IMG/VR virus record: IMGVR_UViG_3300002143_000172
Coordinates: 64,001-128,000 of that record
Length of the DNA: 64,000 nt
Direction: 5' to 3' (one strand)
From: a virus
The notes under the pieces: model-generated
Database searches by the model: none
What the model was told of the DNA's origin: nothing
What the model saw: the letters and a program-made list of their open reading frames with translations, nothing else
Position numbers and translations under genes: made by a program
In this document: piece by piece, positions 27,351 to 37,071 of the stretch
How the letters are laid out: every line of letters starts with the position of its first letter
How positions within the stretch are numbered: position 1 is the first letter of the stretch

Positions 27351-27811
27351 ACAGTTCCTTCAACCATCTCTTCAATAACTTCTTGAATTAATAATTTTAA
27401 TCTGACCCGTTCCTGCGCGGTGTCGGTTGCGGATACCTCAGGAGAAGATCGACCAATCAACGAATTTCGTGTGCTATCTGGTAAATTAATATCCCCAAAC
27501 TGTGATCTAGTAGAGTGTCCTGTAAAATTACTTGACGAATCAATTGTAGAAACCTCATGCACTGTATTAACTAAACTGCTATGATCAAATGAAGAGGGCG
27601 AGGTTGTTAATAATTCTCTTTCCCAATAGTCTTGCGGCGCCGAACATTTTAGTCTGTTTAAAATTGCCTCTTTATCTCCGCTAGCTAAGAATCTAGCATC
27701 AAGTTGTATGTTTAGTTTAATTGGAGTGCATTCAGATCTGTCTGGAATGTATTCTACTGAATATGAACCGTTTGAATTAAAGTTCAAAATATTCATTTTA
27801 AATGCAATCAT
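27347..27811 (-). CDS. Hypothetical protein (possible fibre assembly factor)
   Basis: Directly downstream of the putative fibre-tip gene. Confidence 0.6.
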   Translation of the reverse strand: MIAFKMNILNFNSNGSYSVEYIPDRSECTPIKLNIQLDARFLASGDKEAILNRLKCSAPQDYWERELLTTSPSSFDHSSLVNTVHEVSTIDSSSNFTGHSTRSQFGDINLPDSTRNSLIGRSSPEVSATDTAQERVRLKLLIQEVIEEMVEGTV

Positions 27812-27820
27812 ATGTTTCCT

Positions 27821-28381
27821 TTAGCCGTAATATTGTATAGAACATGTTATTGTTCCAGAAGTAGGATGGAATGTTGATGCAGACCACTTCCAGTATCGAG
27901 AAGTTCCTACAGTTGTAGAAGTCCCAGCCGATCTAATTCCCCCAACGCTGTATCCAGTTACTGACACTTGTTTAAAAGATAGATCGCTATTCGCAGGGGT
28001 AGTAGTTGACCCAAGTTCGAGATGCCAGTGACTAGTACCAGTATCATAATACAGAGCCTGTACTGACATAGTTCCACTAGGAGTTAAAAAAGACCCGCCG
28101 CTGATTGAACCGTATCCACTACCGTACCCGTATACAGACCCTTTTTTCTTGCCGCCTGTCGAAGACCCCACAGTTACCGTAAACGACAATGTCTTATTTC
28201 CCCAAGCCGAATAGTAGTCATGCAGGCTAGTTTGACCAGATGTAGCAATAGTAGTGTTTGGACTAATATTAGGAACATTTGACCCGCCTCGATATAAAGT
28301 ATTAATCGAAACCGGGTTTGAAGTTCCGAAGGCGTTTTTTAAATTAAGAAATGATATTGGTCCCGACGACGGTGTTGGCAT
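27821..28381 (-). CDS. Gly/Ser/Thr-rich putative tail-fibre tip / adhesin
   Basis: N-terminal PSSGPISF...FG.SNPVS....YRGG...SG..SL.DYY module typical of phage fibre-associated proteins; TAAATA upstream. Confidence 0.6.
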   Translation of the reverse strand: MPTPSSGPISFLNLKNAFGTSNPVSINTLYRGGSNVPNISPNTTIATSGQTSLHDYYSAWGNKTLSFTVTVGSSTGGKKKGSVYGYGSGYGSISGGSFLTPSGTMSVQALYYDTGTSHWHLELGSTTTPANSDLSFKQVSVTGYSVGGIRSAGTSTTVGTSRYWKWSASTFHPTSGTITCSIQYYG

Positions 28382-28441
28382 AATAGTAGATCCTCACAAA
28401 AGTGTGTTTCTACTATTTAGTACCTTTTAAAACTAGGGAAA

Positions 28442-28765
28442 TTATTGAGAGCAGGTTCGGGTTCTTGTGATTGAACCGTCGGGATTTTGTGTTTCCATCC
28501 ATGGACTACAATTCTGTCCTTGTTGAACGACAATAGGAGGTTGTGGTTGCTGTACTACAATTGGTGGTTGCTGTACAACTACAGGGCGATTGTATATGTC
28601 GTAGATCACAGCGCCTGCTACCGCTCCCCCAATAAAAGGTGCCCAGCCCCAGCTGCCGCTGTGGCGTACCCAATGACCACCACGATATCCACCGTGTCCG
28701 TGATGTTGTGCCATTGCTGGAATTGCTATCGCTGATAGTAACAAAATTGCTAATATTTTTTTCAT
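28442..28765 (-). CDS. Small secreted His/Gly/Pro-rich protein
   Basis: Signal peptide MKKILAILLLSAIAIPAMA; VVQQPP repeats; terminal Cys pair. Confidence 0.75.
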   Translation of the reverse strand: MKKILAILLLSAIAIPAMAQHHGHGGYRGGHWVRHSGSWGWAPFIGGAVAGAVIYDIYNRPVVVQQPPIVVQQPQPPIVVQQGQNCSPWMETQNPDGSITRTRTCSQ

Positions 28766-28913
28766 TTTATTTCCCCTTGCGTTATATTATATAACGCATT
28801 AACCCTAAAAAAGTTGACAGAATCTCTAGGGCGTGTATATCCTCTGCCAAGACCATCAGCCTCTCACTGACTGCAACCTGCTATGCAAGTTTACCCCTAC
28901 AAGACTAACTTAT

Positions 28914-29201
28914 TTACTCGTCTTTGTCTAAATAAATTCCGTTACTATGGCGTAATCTTGCAATTTCCATATTTTGATGTTGTCGCTTTTCTTGCAAAGT
29001 TAGTTCTTTCCAAACTTTTCTAGGATTGCTACACATATAGCATTTTGGATTACCACAATTCATTGCATGATGCTTGGCAAATTTATGTGGCTCCAAAAAT
29101 GGTACTCCAGAAACTTTAGCAATCTTTACCTGTTTAGCAATAGCATTATCGTCGTTAAGTCTACGCTTGGAATTCTTAAATTTAGTGGTATCGTCACCCA
29201 T
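28914..29201 (-). CDS. Hypothetical protein with CxxxxCxxC motif
   Basis: HAMNCGNPKCYMCSNPRK; upstream TTGACA-17-TATATT. Confidence 0.7.
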   Translation of the reverse strand: MGDDTTKFKNSKRRLNDDNAIAKQVKIAKVSGVPFLEPHKFAKHHAMNCGNPKCYMCSNPRKVWKELTLQEKRQHQNMEIARLRHSNGIYLDKDE

Positions 29202-29244
29202 TCTCGTATCCTTTTTTTAAATATAACATCAAACTAGATTTATG

Positions 29245-30084
29245 TCAAGTCCTGCTTGGACGGAAAGTTCCAACCCATGTAGGGTTGCTTGGAGGACACC
29301 CGCCTGGCCAACTTACGGTAACATCCCCGTCATTTGGATTGTTTCCTGCATTTTTTGGACTTTGATTCCCGCCACACATAGAGAACCCTGCACCCTTCTT
29401 TTGATAAACAAAATTCACATGCCCGTAACTCCAGAGGGCAATATCTCCACATTGTGCTTGTTCATTTGGAATCTTGGTAGCGTTCCATTTACTAGTTTTA
29501 TCTCGTATGTCGTATGCCCATGCTGTTTGGACATATTTGTAGCCCGAAGACTTTAAGGCAAAATTAACAAAGCCCATGCACCATGCTGTTTGGTCAGTGG
29601 TCCATGCACCGGATGCTGGATAGCCTAAACTTTTCCAAATTCCAGTAATGTTAGGATTGCTAGGTTTGCCACCTTGGCCGCTTTCTCTCCACATACCCCT
29701 GCTTGCTTCGTCCAGGGTTTTAGTTAAGAACGAACAAACATCGGAAGAAGATGTAGTTTCAGAAATAATTCCAGTACCGGTTGACTCATCATTAGGTGTG
29801 CCCGGGTAATTAGGTTTAACTCCACCCTCGGCTGCGACCGCATTGTAAGATGCATCGGGATTCTCTATATAGCTACTAGTCTGTGTATTAATCGAACCTT
29901 GCACAGCTTCTGGAAGCTCAACCGACACACTCACACTAACACCTGCAAATGACGCACTTTCTCCGGGTGTCTGCCACAATGCCACTAGTACATTATTTGC
30001 ATAGACATTCGTTGCATGGTAAACATCACCAACTGCATTTAATCCACTATCTTTTTGGGCTCCGCCACCTGGTACATACGGCAT
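29245..30084 (-). CDS. TIGR02594-like CHAP/NlpC-type peptidoglycan amidase (virion-associated)
   Basis: TAWCMGFVN, GDIA, GHVNF, GGNQ. Confidence 0.8.
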   Translation of the reverse strand: MPYVPGGGAQKDSGLNAVGDVYHATNVYANNVLVALWQTPGESASFAGVSVSVSVELPEAVQGSINTQTSSYIENPDASYNAVAAEGGVKPNYPGTPNDESTGTGIISETTSSSDVCSFLTKTLDEASRGMWRESGQGGKPSNPNITGIWKSLGYPASGAWTTDQTAWCMGFVNFALKSSGYKYVQTAWAYDIRDKTSKWNATKIPNEQAQCGDIALWSYGHVNFVYQKKGAGFSMCGGNQSPKNAGNNPNDGDVTVSWPGGCPPSNPTWVGTFRPSRT

Positions 30085-30107
30085 ACTCTATCTCCTATAT
30101 ACTGTAT

Positions 30108-30395
30108 TTAACGCAATGCGATACCGGTAGTACCTTCTAAATATTGCTTCGATGCCTCGCCCTTGCTTTCTACAATAAAAAATGTATTAGATTTTCTAAG
30201 GGTAATATCCCCATCCTTTCCAAGGAACACCCACGGAATCATTCCTAGGCCCTGGCCGTTCATAGTTAGCGCCAGGGGGCGATTGACCGTAATTGTATCA
30301 GTATCTTCTCTTTCAAACTTAGCAATAATTTCATCACCATTGATTAGCTTGATACTTACTACATCTCCATTGGAGAAACCTTTATTAATTAACAT
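30108..30395 (-). CDS. Conserved phage protein, Sm-like fold candidate
   Basis: VSIKLINGDEIIA...PW...Y...TTGI pattern. Confidence 0.6.
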   Translation of the reverse strand: MLINKGFSNGDVVSIKLINGDEIIAKFEREDTDTITVNRPLALTMNGQGLGMIPWVFLGKDGDITLRKSNTFFIVESKGEASKQYLEGTTGIALR

Positions 30396-30404
30396 TTTAT
30401 TCCT

Positions 30405-31265
30405 TTATTTTAAAGCTAGTTCTTTGCGGATTTTCGTAGCGGAGATCTGCGTGATGCTTTCATCAAAGGTTTCTTCGCCTGAAGTATATCCAACCCCTCG
30501 TCCCCAACCAATATGAACAATATTAGGTACTACTTGAATTTCATATTGCCCTTGATAAATCGGATCTAAGTCGCGCTTGATAAATGCTTTAACTTGCTCT
30601 ATGGCAAACGGATTAGATCCTTGCCAACCCTGAACATCTCGAATTTGAATAACGACTTGCCCAGTGCGAGCAATAAGTCGTTCAAACAGAGCACGATGTC
30701 CTTCATGCCACGGTTGCCACCGACCTAACATCTGCACTGTTTCTTTTTGCCAATCAAATGTAGGACGGCGGCGATTGTGTAAGATATGATCGCCGACTAG
30801 TTCTACCCACTTTCCTGCATCTTGTTCAGTAATACGGAAATCATAAACTTCGGGAGGAACAAATGCTTTGTTAGTGTCATCGAATCGACCCTCTTTGATA
30901 GTATCAATCCAGATTGTCCAATCGGCCTTAAAGTTGTTACGCATCTCAACTAACGGAGCAACAAAATCACAGATAACAAAATCCCCATTACATGCGATGG
31001 CAAAATCGAACATTCGAATACTTTGACGGATACGGCCTTCTTTGCTGAAGTCCCAATCGTTAAAACGCTTTCTTATTTCATCTGCGTTAAACCAGTCAAC
31101 TTTTGATTTATAGTACAACGGAACCATTTCCATTGTCGAGGCACGCCATAGCGGCATTGTTTCTACCGAGGAGTTTTCCTCGAGATATTTCTTAAGTCGT
31201 TCGGAAAAATATGTTTTCCCAGAACCGGGTAATCCCATTACTAATATTCTTTTTGTATGATTCAT
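30405..31265 (-). CDS. Adenylylsulfate-kinase-like domain fused to HxGH nucleotidyltransferase domain
   Basis: MGLPGSGKT, NADEIR, DFSKEGRIRQ; C-terminal GRWQPWHEGH and ISATKIR. Confidence 0.8.
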   Translation of the reverse strand: MNHTKRILVMGLPGSGKTYFSERLKKYLEENSSVETMPLWRASTMEMVPLYYKSKVDWFNADEIRKRFNDWDFSKEGRIRQSIRMFDFAIACNGDFVICDFVAPLVEMRNNFKADWTIWIDTIKEGRFDDTNKAFVPPEVYDFRITEQDAGKWVELVGDHILHNRRRPTFDWQKETVQMLGRWQPWHEGHRALFERLIARTGQVVIQIRDVQGWQGSNPFAIEQVKAFIKRDLDPIYQGQYEIQVVPNIVHIGWGRGVGYTSGEETFDESITQISATKIRKELALK

Positions 31266-31672
31266 TTTTCTTCTTTCGTAGGTAGTTGGCAAAGTGCTTC
31301 TAACACTTTATAATGCTCGTAGGCTTTCTTTAATGCTTCAAAGTGTTCTAACTTTTCAGGATCGGGTACAAGTATAGCAAGACGCTTTTGTATATCTTCT
31401 AATGCCTTGGCAATGCTAACACCTTTAATCTTAACATCGCCGTCAAATTCTGCATCGCCACTAACTGTTAAACTTGATTGTATACCGGTAGTGGGATAAA
31501 TGTAGGGACTCGTGGTTCCCCAAGTATTACTAGAAATAGTAATATTTCCGTATTGTGGCGTCGTAAGGCAGTTACCAGTAGTAGTATACATTGACGAGAT
31601 GTCTAAAGTAACTGTGTCGTCTGGTGGAAACAGTGGAAATTCTAAATCAAGAGTATTTTTGCTATCATCCAT
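31262..31672 (-). CDS. Hypothetical protein
   Basis: 136-aa ORF coupled to neighbours. Confidence 0.7.
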   Translation of the reverse strand: MDDSKNTLDLEFPLFPPDDTVTLDISSMYTTTGNCLTTPQYGNITISSNTWGTTSPYIYPTTGIQSSLTVSGDAEFDGDVKIKGVSIAKALEDIQKRLAILVPDPEKLEHFEALKKAYEHYKVLEALCQLPTKEEK

Positions 31673-31889
31673 TTAAGTGTGCCCGTAGTTCAGTAAACCC
31701 ACCAATTAATGTTCCATCTAAGAAAATCTGTGGGACTGTTCTTGCTGTAGGGATAGCCTCTAACAATTCTTCTTTTGTATAGCCATCGCCTATTTTCTTT
31801 TCTTCAAATTCAATCCCCTTCTGTGTTAACAGGGCCTTTGCCTGATCACAATAGGGACAATGATACTTGGACCATATTATTGCTTTCAT
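31665..31889 (-). CDS. Glutaredoxin
   Basis: CPYC, RTVPQIF, IGGF. Confidence 0.95.
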   Translation of the reverse strand: MKAIIWSKYHCPYCDQAKALLTQKGIEFEEKKIGDGYTKEELLEAIPTARTVPQIFLDGTLIGGFTELRAHLNG

Positions 31890-31890
31890 T

Positions 31891-32064
31891 TTAGCCTTCC
31901 TTTGCTTCTACTAGATAAACATCGCTCATTAAAACTTGTACAGAATGTTCGATGCTTTTAATTATTTGTTCGCTAACAACTTTGGTTGTAGTCTTACCGG
32001 CATCTTCATCTCGTACTAGTGTACTGATTGTAATGACTACTTGTTCTTCTATAATTTGTGCCAT
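31891..32064 (-). CDS. Small hypothetical protein (57 aa, absent from ORF track)
   Basis: Manual translation MAQIIEEQVVITISTLVRDED...LVEAKEG; SD GGAGG; fills the gap exactly. Confidence 0.65.
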   Translation of the reverse strand: MAQIIEEQVVITISTLVRDEDAGKTTTKVVSEQIIKSIEHSVQVLMSDVYLVEAKEG

Positions 32065-33078
32065 TTAAGCCTCCGATATTTTATATAATTTCTTTGCATT
32101 TTTAAATGCAATCTTTTCAGCTACTTCGATTGGTAATTGACCTAGAATATCTCTCCAATGATCGATGATTTTAGGATATACACTCCATGCATGTTCTTTG
32201 TGACAATCAGTAGCAAACATAAAATTATTAGAATATTTTAATAATACATCGTGCCACAACCGTTGAATTTTACCACTTGGATCTAACATACTACTACTAA
32301 GTTTATTTAATTTTTCATAACTAGCAAAGGTGTATCTTCCGAGATCGTATCCCTTAAAAGAACGCCATTTATACTTGAAATAAAACATTTCTCGCTTGCT
32401 TAATGTAAAATAAACATGTGATTGATGCAATCTTAATATTTCGTGTGCATGAACAGCACTATTATACCCTGCATGTGGAATTATAAAATCAATATCTGGA
32501 TAGCGGGTAAAAAGTTCGTTAAAGTTGGGCCAATCTCTCTCCCAATTATACATTTCCCAATGAAGCATTACTGGAATATTTTTCCCTTTAAGTTTATCCA
32601 TTAATTTTAAAAAATTAGGAGATAAGGGATTAATGTATCGTTCACCTGCTAAGTTCACTTCATTGGTGACACTATAATCACTTTGCGGATTATACTTGTC
32701 ACCATGAGTGCATTGTATCTCTCCGACAAATCTTGCACCACGCTTTATATCTTTTGAAATTGCTTTGATAAAACTTGGAGTAATATCATTTTGATGATCA
32801 AACCCTTTAACTGCTCCAAATATGATAGTATCTTTTAATGTTTGACTAATATTAAAAACATGTTCGTCACTATTATTATCAATGCCGTTAGCTCTACCAA
32901 ATAATGCAAGATGGCTAACACCCGAAGATCCTAAAACTTTACTAAGATGTTCGCTGTCTATTTTTAAATTAATCTGCCCCATTGCATCGATTAATGGGCC
33001 AGTGTACTTGTTATAACTTTTAAAACGATTAAGTTTTAATCGTAACAACAATAGACTTTCTTTTATAATTCTAATCAT
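32065..33078 (-). CDS. Amidohydrolase-family (TIM-barrel) protein
   Basis: FVGEI, PVMLH, IIPHAG, FMFATD, KIAFKNAKKLY. Confidence 0.75.
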   Translation of the reverse strand: MIRIIKESLLLLRLKLNRFKSYNKYTGPLIDAMGQINLKIDSEHLSKVLGSSGVSHLALFGRANGIDNNSDEHVFNISQTLKDTIIFGAVKGFDHQNDITPSFIKAISKDIKRGARFVGEIQCTHGDKYNPQSDYSVTNEVNLAGERYINPLSPNFLKLMDKLKGKNIPVMLHWEMYNWERDWPNFNELFTRYPDIDFIIPHAGYNSAVHAHEILRLHQSHVYFTLSKREMFYFKYKWRSFKGYDLGRYTFASYEKLNKLSSSMLDPSGKIQRLWHDVLLKYSNNFMFATDCHKEHAWSVYPKIIDHWRDILGQLPIEVAEKIAFKNAKKLYKISEA

Positions 33079-33079
33079 T

Positions 33080-34180
33080 TTATAGGTCTGGAAGTTCATC
33101 ATATTCAACTGCATCGCTCATTACACCAATAACATAATTGGTGCTTTCATTTTCTTGTAGTGCAGTTTGCTTCTTATTGATATTCACATGTTTGTTAAAC
33201 CAGGGAATTGGACTTGCTCTTGGATGCTCTTCTTCGTACTTGATCCCAACATCTTTTAATTTAATAAAAGCTGTATGATCAACAAAGTCTTTTAAAATCG
33301 CCGCATTCAATCCAATGACGGGACCAAGTTTAAACAGATAATCTGCCCAGGCTTTCTCTTCTGCAATAACTTCCATATACATAGCATATACCTCGTCACG
33401 ACATTCTTCTGCAATGGGCACAAAATCTGGATCATCCTTGACAACATTGTTGATTAACCAAGCAGTCCATTCGCTGTGTAAAATTTCATCTTGTAGGATC
33501 AAGCTGATAATGTTACCATTACCGATATAGATCTTATTTTCTACCATGGCTAATGAGGTGGCAAATGATACCATGAAGCGGAGTGCTTCCAATGCATAGC
33601 TCGCGTGTAATGCCAACCAAATCGCTTTCTTGTGATCGTGTAAAGGAATTTCTTCGCCCAATTCTTTACGACAGTTAAGTTGATGTAGATCTTCATAATA
33701 TTTTCCAACGCTGGCGGCCATGTTAGAAATCTCAGCTGTGTCATGAATTTTGTTAAACTCATCTTTAGGTACGCCATAGACATTACGAATAATATGGCTA
33801 TATGATTTACTATGGATTGAAGTTTCAAAGAAACTCCAAGTAAGTGCTAGTGCTTCTAGTTCCGGAATACTACTAACAGGACCGAATACCTGGAATGGAG
33901 CGCGGCCTTGTATACTATCAAGGGCGGTTTGGCGCAACAGGTTGCTAGTGAATATGTGTTTAACCGCATCACTTGCTTCCTTGTGATCCATTTTATCTTT
34001 AGTAAGACTAATTTCTTCCGGTACCCAAAAGAACCCACGAGCCAATTCTTCGTACTTCTGTAGTTTAGGATATTTTACTTCCTCGAATCTCTGTACTGTT
34101 ACTGGTCCTGCTGGATCCAAAAACATTTTACGCTTGAGGTAATTTGTGGGTTTGCTAAAATCGTATTGTTCTTTGCTCAT
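33080..34180 (-). CDS. nrdB: Ribonucleotide reductase class Ia beta subunit
   Basis: FWVPEE, LDSIQ, ETSIHSKSY, LEALRF, DEILH. Confidence 0.97.
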   Translation of the reverse strand: MSKEQYDFSKPTNYLKRKMFLDPAGPVTVQRFEEVKYPKLQKYEELARGFFWVPEEISLTKDKMDHKEASDAVKHIFTSNLLRQTALDSIQGRAPFQVFGPVSSIPELEALALTWSFFETSIHSKSYSHIIRNVYGVPKDEFNKIHDTAEISNMAASVGKYYEDLHQLNCRKELGEEIPLHDHKKAIWLALHASYALEALRFMVSFATSLAMVENKIYIGNGNIISLILQDEILHSEWTAWLINNVVKDDPDFVPIAEECRDEVYAMYMEVIAEEKAWADYLFKLGPVIGLNAAILKDFVDHTAFIKLKDVGIKYEEEHPRASPIPWFNKHVNINKKQTALQENESTNYVIGVMSDAVEYDELPDL

Positions 34181-34251
34181 TTATATTGTGTCCATTCAAT
34201 GTCTGCGGTTGGGATCCGGCCCTTCCTAAAATACTTTACCATGTTCATAGT

Positions 34252-36600
34252 TTACAACTTGCAGGCTTCGCAGGAATCATCATCCTCGTAAATAATCGAG
34301 GTGTCAGTTGTAATTATGCTTGTAGCTGGTATGGCCAGTAAAATTTCGTTTGTTCCAGTAACCGAGGTCTTAGCGCCAACTTTATTAATAAGGCTGTAGT
34401 AGATGGATTTGATTCCCCATTTATAGGCTAACATTAAATTCTTAGCAACTAGTGTTCCCGGAACTTTACCACCTTCAAAATGTGCTGGATTGTAAAATGT
34501 GTTAGTGCTCAAACTTTGATCAACATAGGCTGCTAATACTGCCGCAGTCTTTAGATAGGTGACACAATCTTTTTGGTCCCACATGAGTTGATAGCGATTT
34601 TTTAATCTACGATATTCAGGAACTACTTGCACAAAACTACCTGCTTTTGATTCCTTAACACTAATCATCTCCATGGGCATCTCAATACCATTTGTACTGT
34701 TTAATACTACACTACTTGACTCAACCGGAGCCACAGCCATTAATGTAGCATTACGGATACCATACTTCTTCATGTTCTCACGCAAGGGCTCCCAATTAAT
34801 GCTGGGAGTGAAATCAGTTAACTCATTTACACCTGAGTTTCTACGCTCCCAAGGAAATACGCCCTTACCATACCAAGTGTGTTCACTGCGAGTACAGGGG
34901 CCGCGCTCCTTGGCTAATTCAACACTGATCTCGGTAAGATAATATGCTTGATGTTCCATCCAACGCTTAACTTCTGCAAGTGCTTCTGGATCTCCATACT
35001 TCATTGACTTGCGAGCATGCCAGTAAGCTAAGTTAGTAATGCCCACGCCTAACGGCTCAAATTCCGTATTAGCCATTTTACTTTGAATACTAAGGAAGTC
35101 TTGGTATTGTAGTAGATTGCTTAGACTTCTTACCAATGTACGGCAGGCCTTACGCATCTCTTGAGGATTACGGAATGCACCCCAGTTAATCGAACCTAGC
35201 GTACAAAGGGCGATTCGCCCATTTGGATCTTCAATGCGTTGGAACGGTCGTGTGGGCAAGAGAATCTCTTGACATAGATTGCTTTGATATATAGGGTCAA
35301 CTTTAGTATCAAACGGGCCTTGGTTGATAACATTATCTATGTTTACTAGATAGATGCGACCGGTGTCCGACCTTTCTTTAAGAATGCCATTCTTAAAGAT
35401 TGCCTCTGCCGATAAGACTTTCTTTTTCTTAGTTTTATCTTGCTCGTACTTTAGGTACAATGTTTCAAATTCTTTACTATCTCTGTAATAGGCTTCGTAT
35501 AGGTCAGGAACTTCATTTGGATCAAATAATGTAATGCTTTCACTATTCTTATAACGGCGCCAAAACATTGCACTAACAACTACACTATAATCCATTTGAC
35601 GCACACGAGTCTCGTCAGTACCTTGATTATTTTTCAATACAATAAGGTCTTCAAATTGATAATGCCAAATAGGGAAAGTTACAGTACATGACGCATTACG
35701 AATACCGCCTTGGCTACATGAGCGCAGGTCGGAGAACCATTTCTTTAGGAATGGGAGCATGCCAGTATGCTTAATCTCTCCACCGCGGATCGGTGCTCCT
35801 AATGGACGCAACCTTCCAATCTCAAGTCCAATGCCTGCCCGCTTGCTGGCATACTTGGCCATCATTTCACCTGCGGCAAAAATACTATCTAATGTATCAT
35901 CACTGCTAATCAACACGCAACTACTAAACTGCTTGGTAGGTGTGCCAAGACCGGCGAGAACAGGAGTTGCTAGGGTAAAGTGTCCGTCGCTTGCACACTC
36001 ATAATAATCCTTCACATATTTTAATCTATTTTCTTTAGGTTCAGCATGAAAAGCTGTGCTGGCGGCTATGGCATATCGTATTTGTGGGGTTTCGTAAATT
36101 TGACCAGTGGTGCGATTCTGTACAAGATATTTTTCGCATAGTTGTGCAATAGCGGCAAAGTTATAATTTTCATCTTTATCATGATCGACGAAAAGATCGA
36201 TGATATTCCATTCGTCTTCAGTATACCATTCTAGGAGGTCTGTAGTATAGACACCTTCCTTAACATTTTTCTTAACTATCTCATAAAGTTTTGGAGGAAC
36301 ATATTCTCCATAGACTTCTTTACGCAACATACTCACTCGTTGCCTACCAGCTACATACTGATAGTTGACATTATTGATTTCTGGATTTTCGGTTTCGTCA
36401 ATTAGGTTGACCATAGCCTTGAGCAATAGCTCGTCTATAGTTTCTGTTGTAATTCCATCGTGCAATTCTATCTGTGCTTTTAATTCTATCATTGACTGAC
36501 TAACTCCGTCAATGCCTCTACATGCGTGTGCTACCTGTCTTTGTATCTTCGAAATATCGAGAGGAACACGCTCCCCATTGCGTTTAACAACTGTTATCAT
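34252..36600 (-). CDS. nrdA: Ribonucleotide reductase class Ia alpha subunit
   Basis: ATP cone, QFSSC, SNLCQEI, ALCTL, C-terminal CEAC. Confidence 0.97.
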   Translation of the reverse strand: MITVVKRNGERVPLDISKIQRQVAHACRGIDGVSQSMIELKAQIELHDGITTETIDELLLKAMVNLIDETENPEINNVNYQYVAGRQRVSMLRKEVYGEYVPPKLYEIVKKNVKEGVYTTDLLEWYTEDEWNIIDLFVDHDKDENYNFAAIAQLCEKYLVQNRTTGQIYETPQIRYAIAASTAFHAEPKENRLKYVKDYYECASDGHFTLATPVLAGLGTPTKQFSSCVLISSDDTLDSIFAAGEMMAKYASKRAGIGLEIGRLRPLGAPIRGGEIKHTGMLPFLKKWFSDLRSCSQGGIRNASCTVTFPIWHYQFEDLIVLKNNQGTDETRVRQMDYSVVVSAMFWRRYKNSESITLFDPNEVPDLYEAYYRDSKEFETLYLKYEQDKTKKKKVLSAEAIFKNGILKERSDTGRIYLVNIDNVINQGPFDTKVDPIYQSNLCQEILLPTRPFQRIEDPNGRIALCTLGSINWGAFRNPQEMRKACRTLVRSLSNLLQYQDFLSIQSKMANTEFEPLGVGITNLAYWHARKSMKYGDPEALAEVKRWMEHQAYYLTEISVELAKERGPCTRSEHTWYGKGVFPWERRNSGVNELTDFTPSINWEPLRENMKKYGIRNATLMAVAPVESSSVVLNSTNGIEMPMEMISVKESKAGSFVQVVPEYRRLKNRYQLMWDQKDCVTYLKTAAVLAAYVDQSLSTNTFYNPAHFEGGKVPGTLVAKNLMLAYKWGIKSIYYSLINKVGAKTSVTGTNEILLAIPATSIITTDTSIIYEDDDSCEACKL

Positions 36601-36633
36601 TTTTATTGCCTTCTGGTATTGTGGTGAAGATAT

Positions 36634-37068
36634 TTACCAGCGGGAGCTCAGTTCTACTTGATTTTCGAGGTAAAATGAATCCGGGACATCATCTGCCGGA
36701 ACTGGACCGTTATCGTTGTAGTTAATTACCCAAGTGTCATCGACACACACGATATTATAATAACACTTTTTTGTTGAGTTTACAAGTGTTTTGATTTCTA
36801 TTTTTGAATTTTTAAACCGATCAGTTAACTTTAATGTCCAACCGATCATTACAGCTTTAGTGAAGTCATCGAACCTATTTGAAACAATAATTTCCCAAGG
36901 TGTGGGCCAACTTTTTTTATTGTATTGATCTATTTTATTATTGAATGGAACAAATGGTGCGTCTCGCCAAAAGTTGTGCACCTCTTGTAACGGATCACTG
37001 CATTGGGTAAGATACCTGCGATGGTCAGCCCATGCCGACAGTCGATCGTCAATTGATTTTTCAAACAT
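36634..37068 (-). CDS. Hypothetical protein
   Basis: 144-aa ORF; WPTPWE motif. Confidence 0.7.
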   Translation of the reverse strand: MFEKSIDDRLSAWADHRRYLTQCSDPLQEVHNFWRDAPFVPFNNKIDQYNKKSWPTPWEIIVSNRFDDFTKAVMIGWTLKLTDRFKNSKIEIKTLVNSTKKCYYNIVCVDDTWVINYNDNGPVPADDVPDSFYLENQVELSSRW

Positions 37069-37071
37069 TAA

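Noticed and set aside
34177-34248. 23-codon ORF between nrdA and nrdB
   Set aside because: Too short to support and has no motif; the gap also holds a TATAAAT late-like box.
33080-36600. Introns or inteins in nrdA/nrdB
   Set aside because: Both ORFs are continuous and of normal class Ia length.
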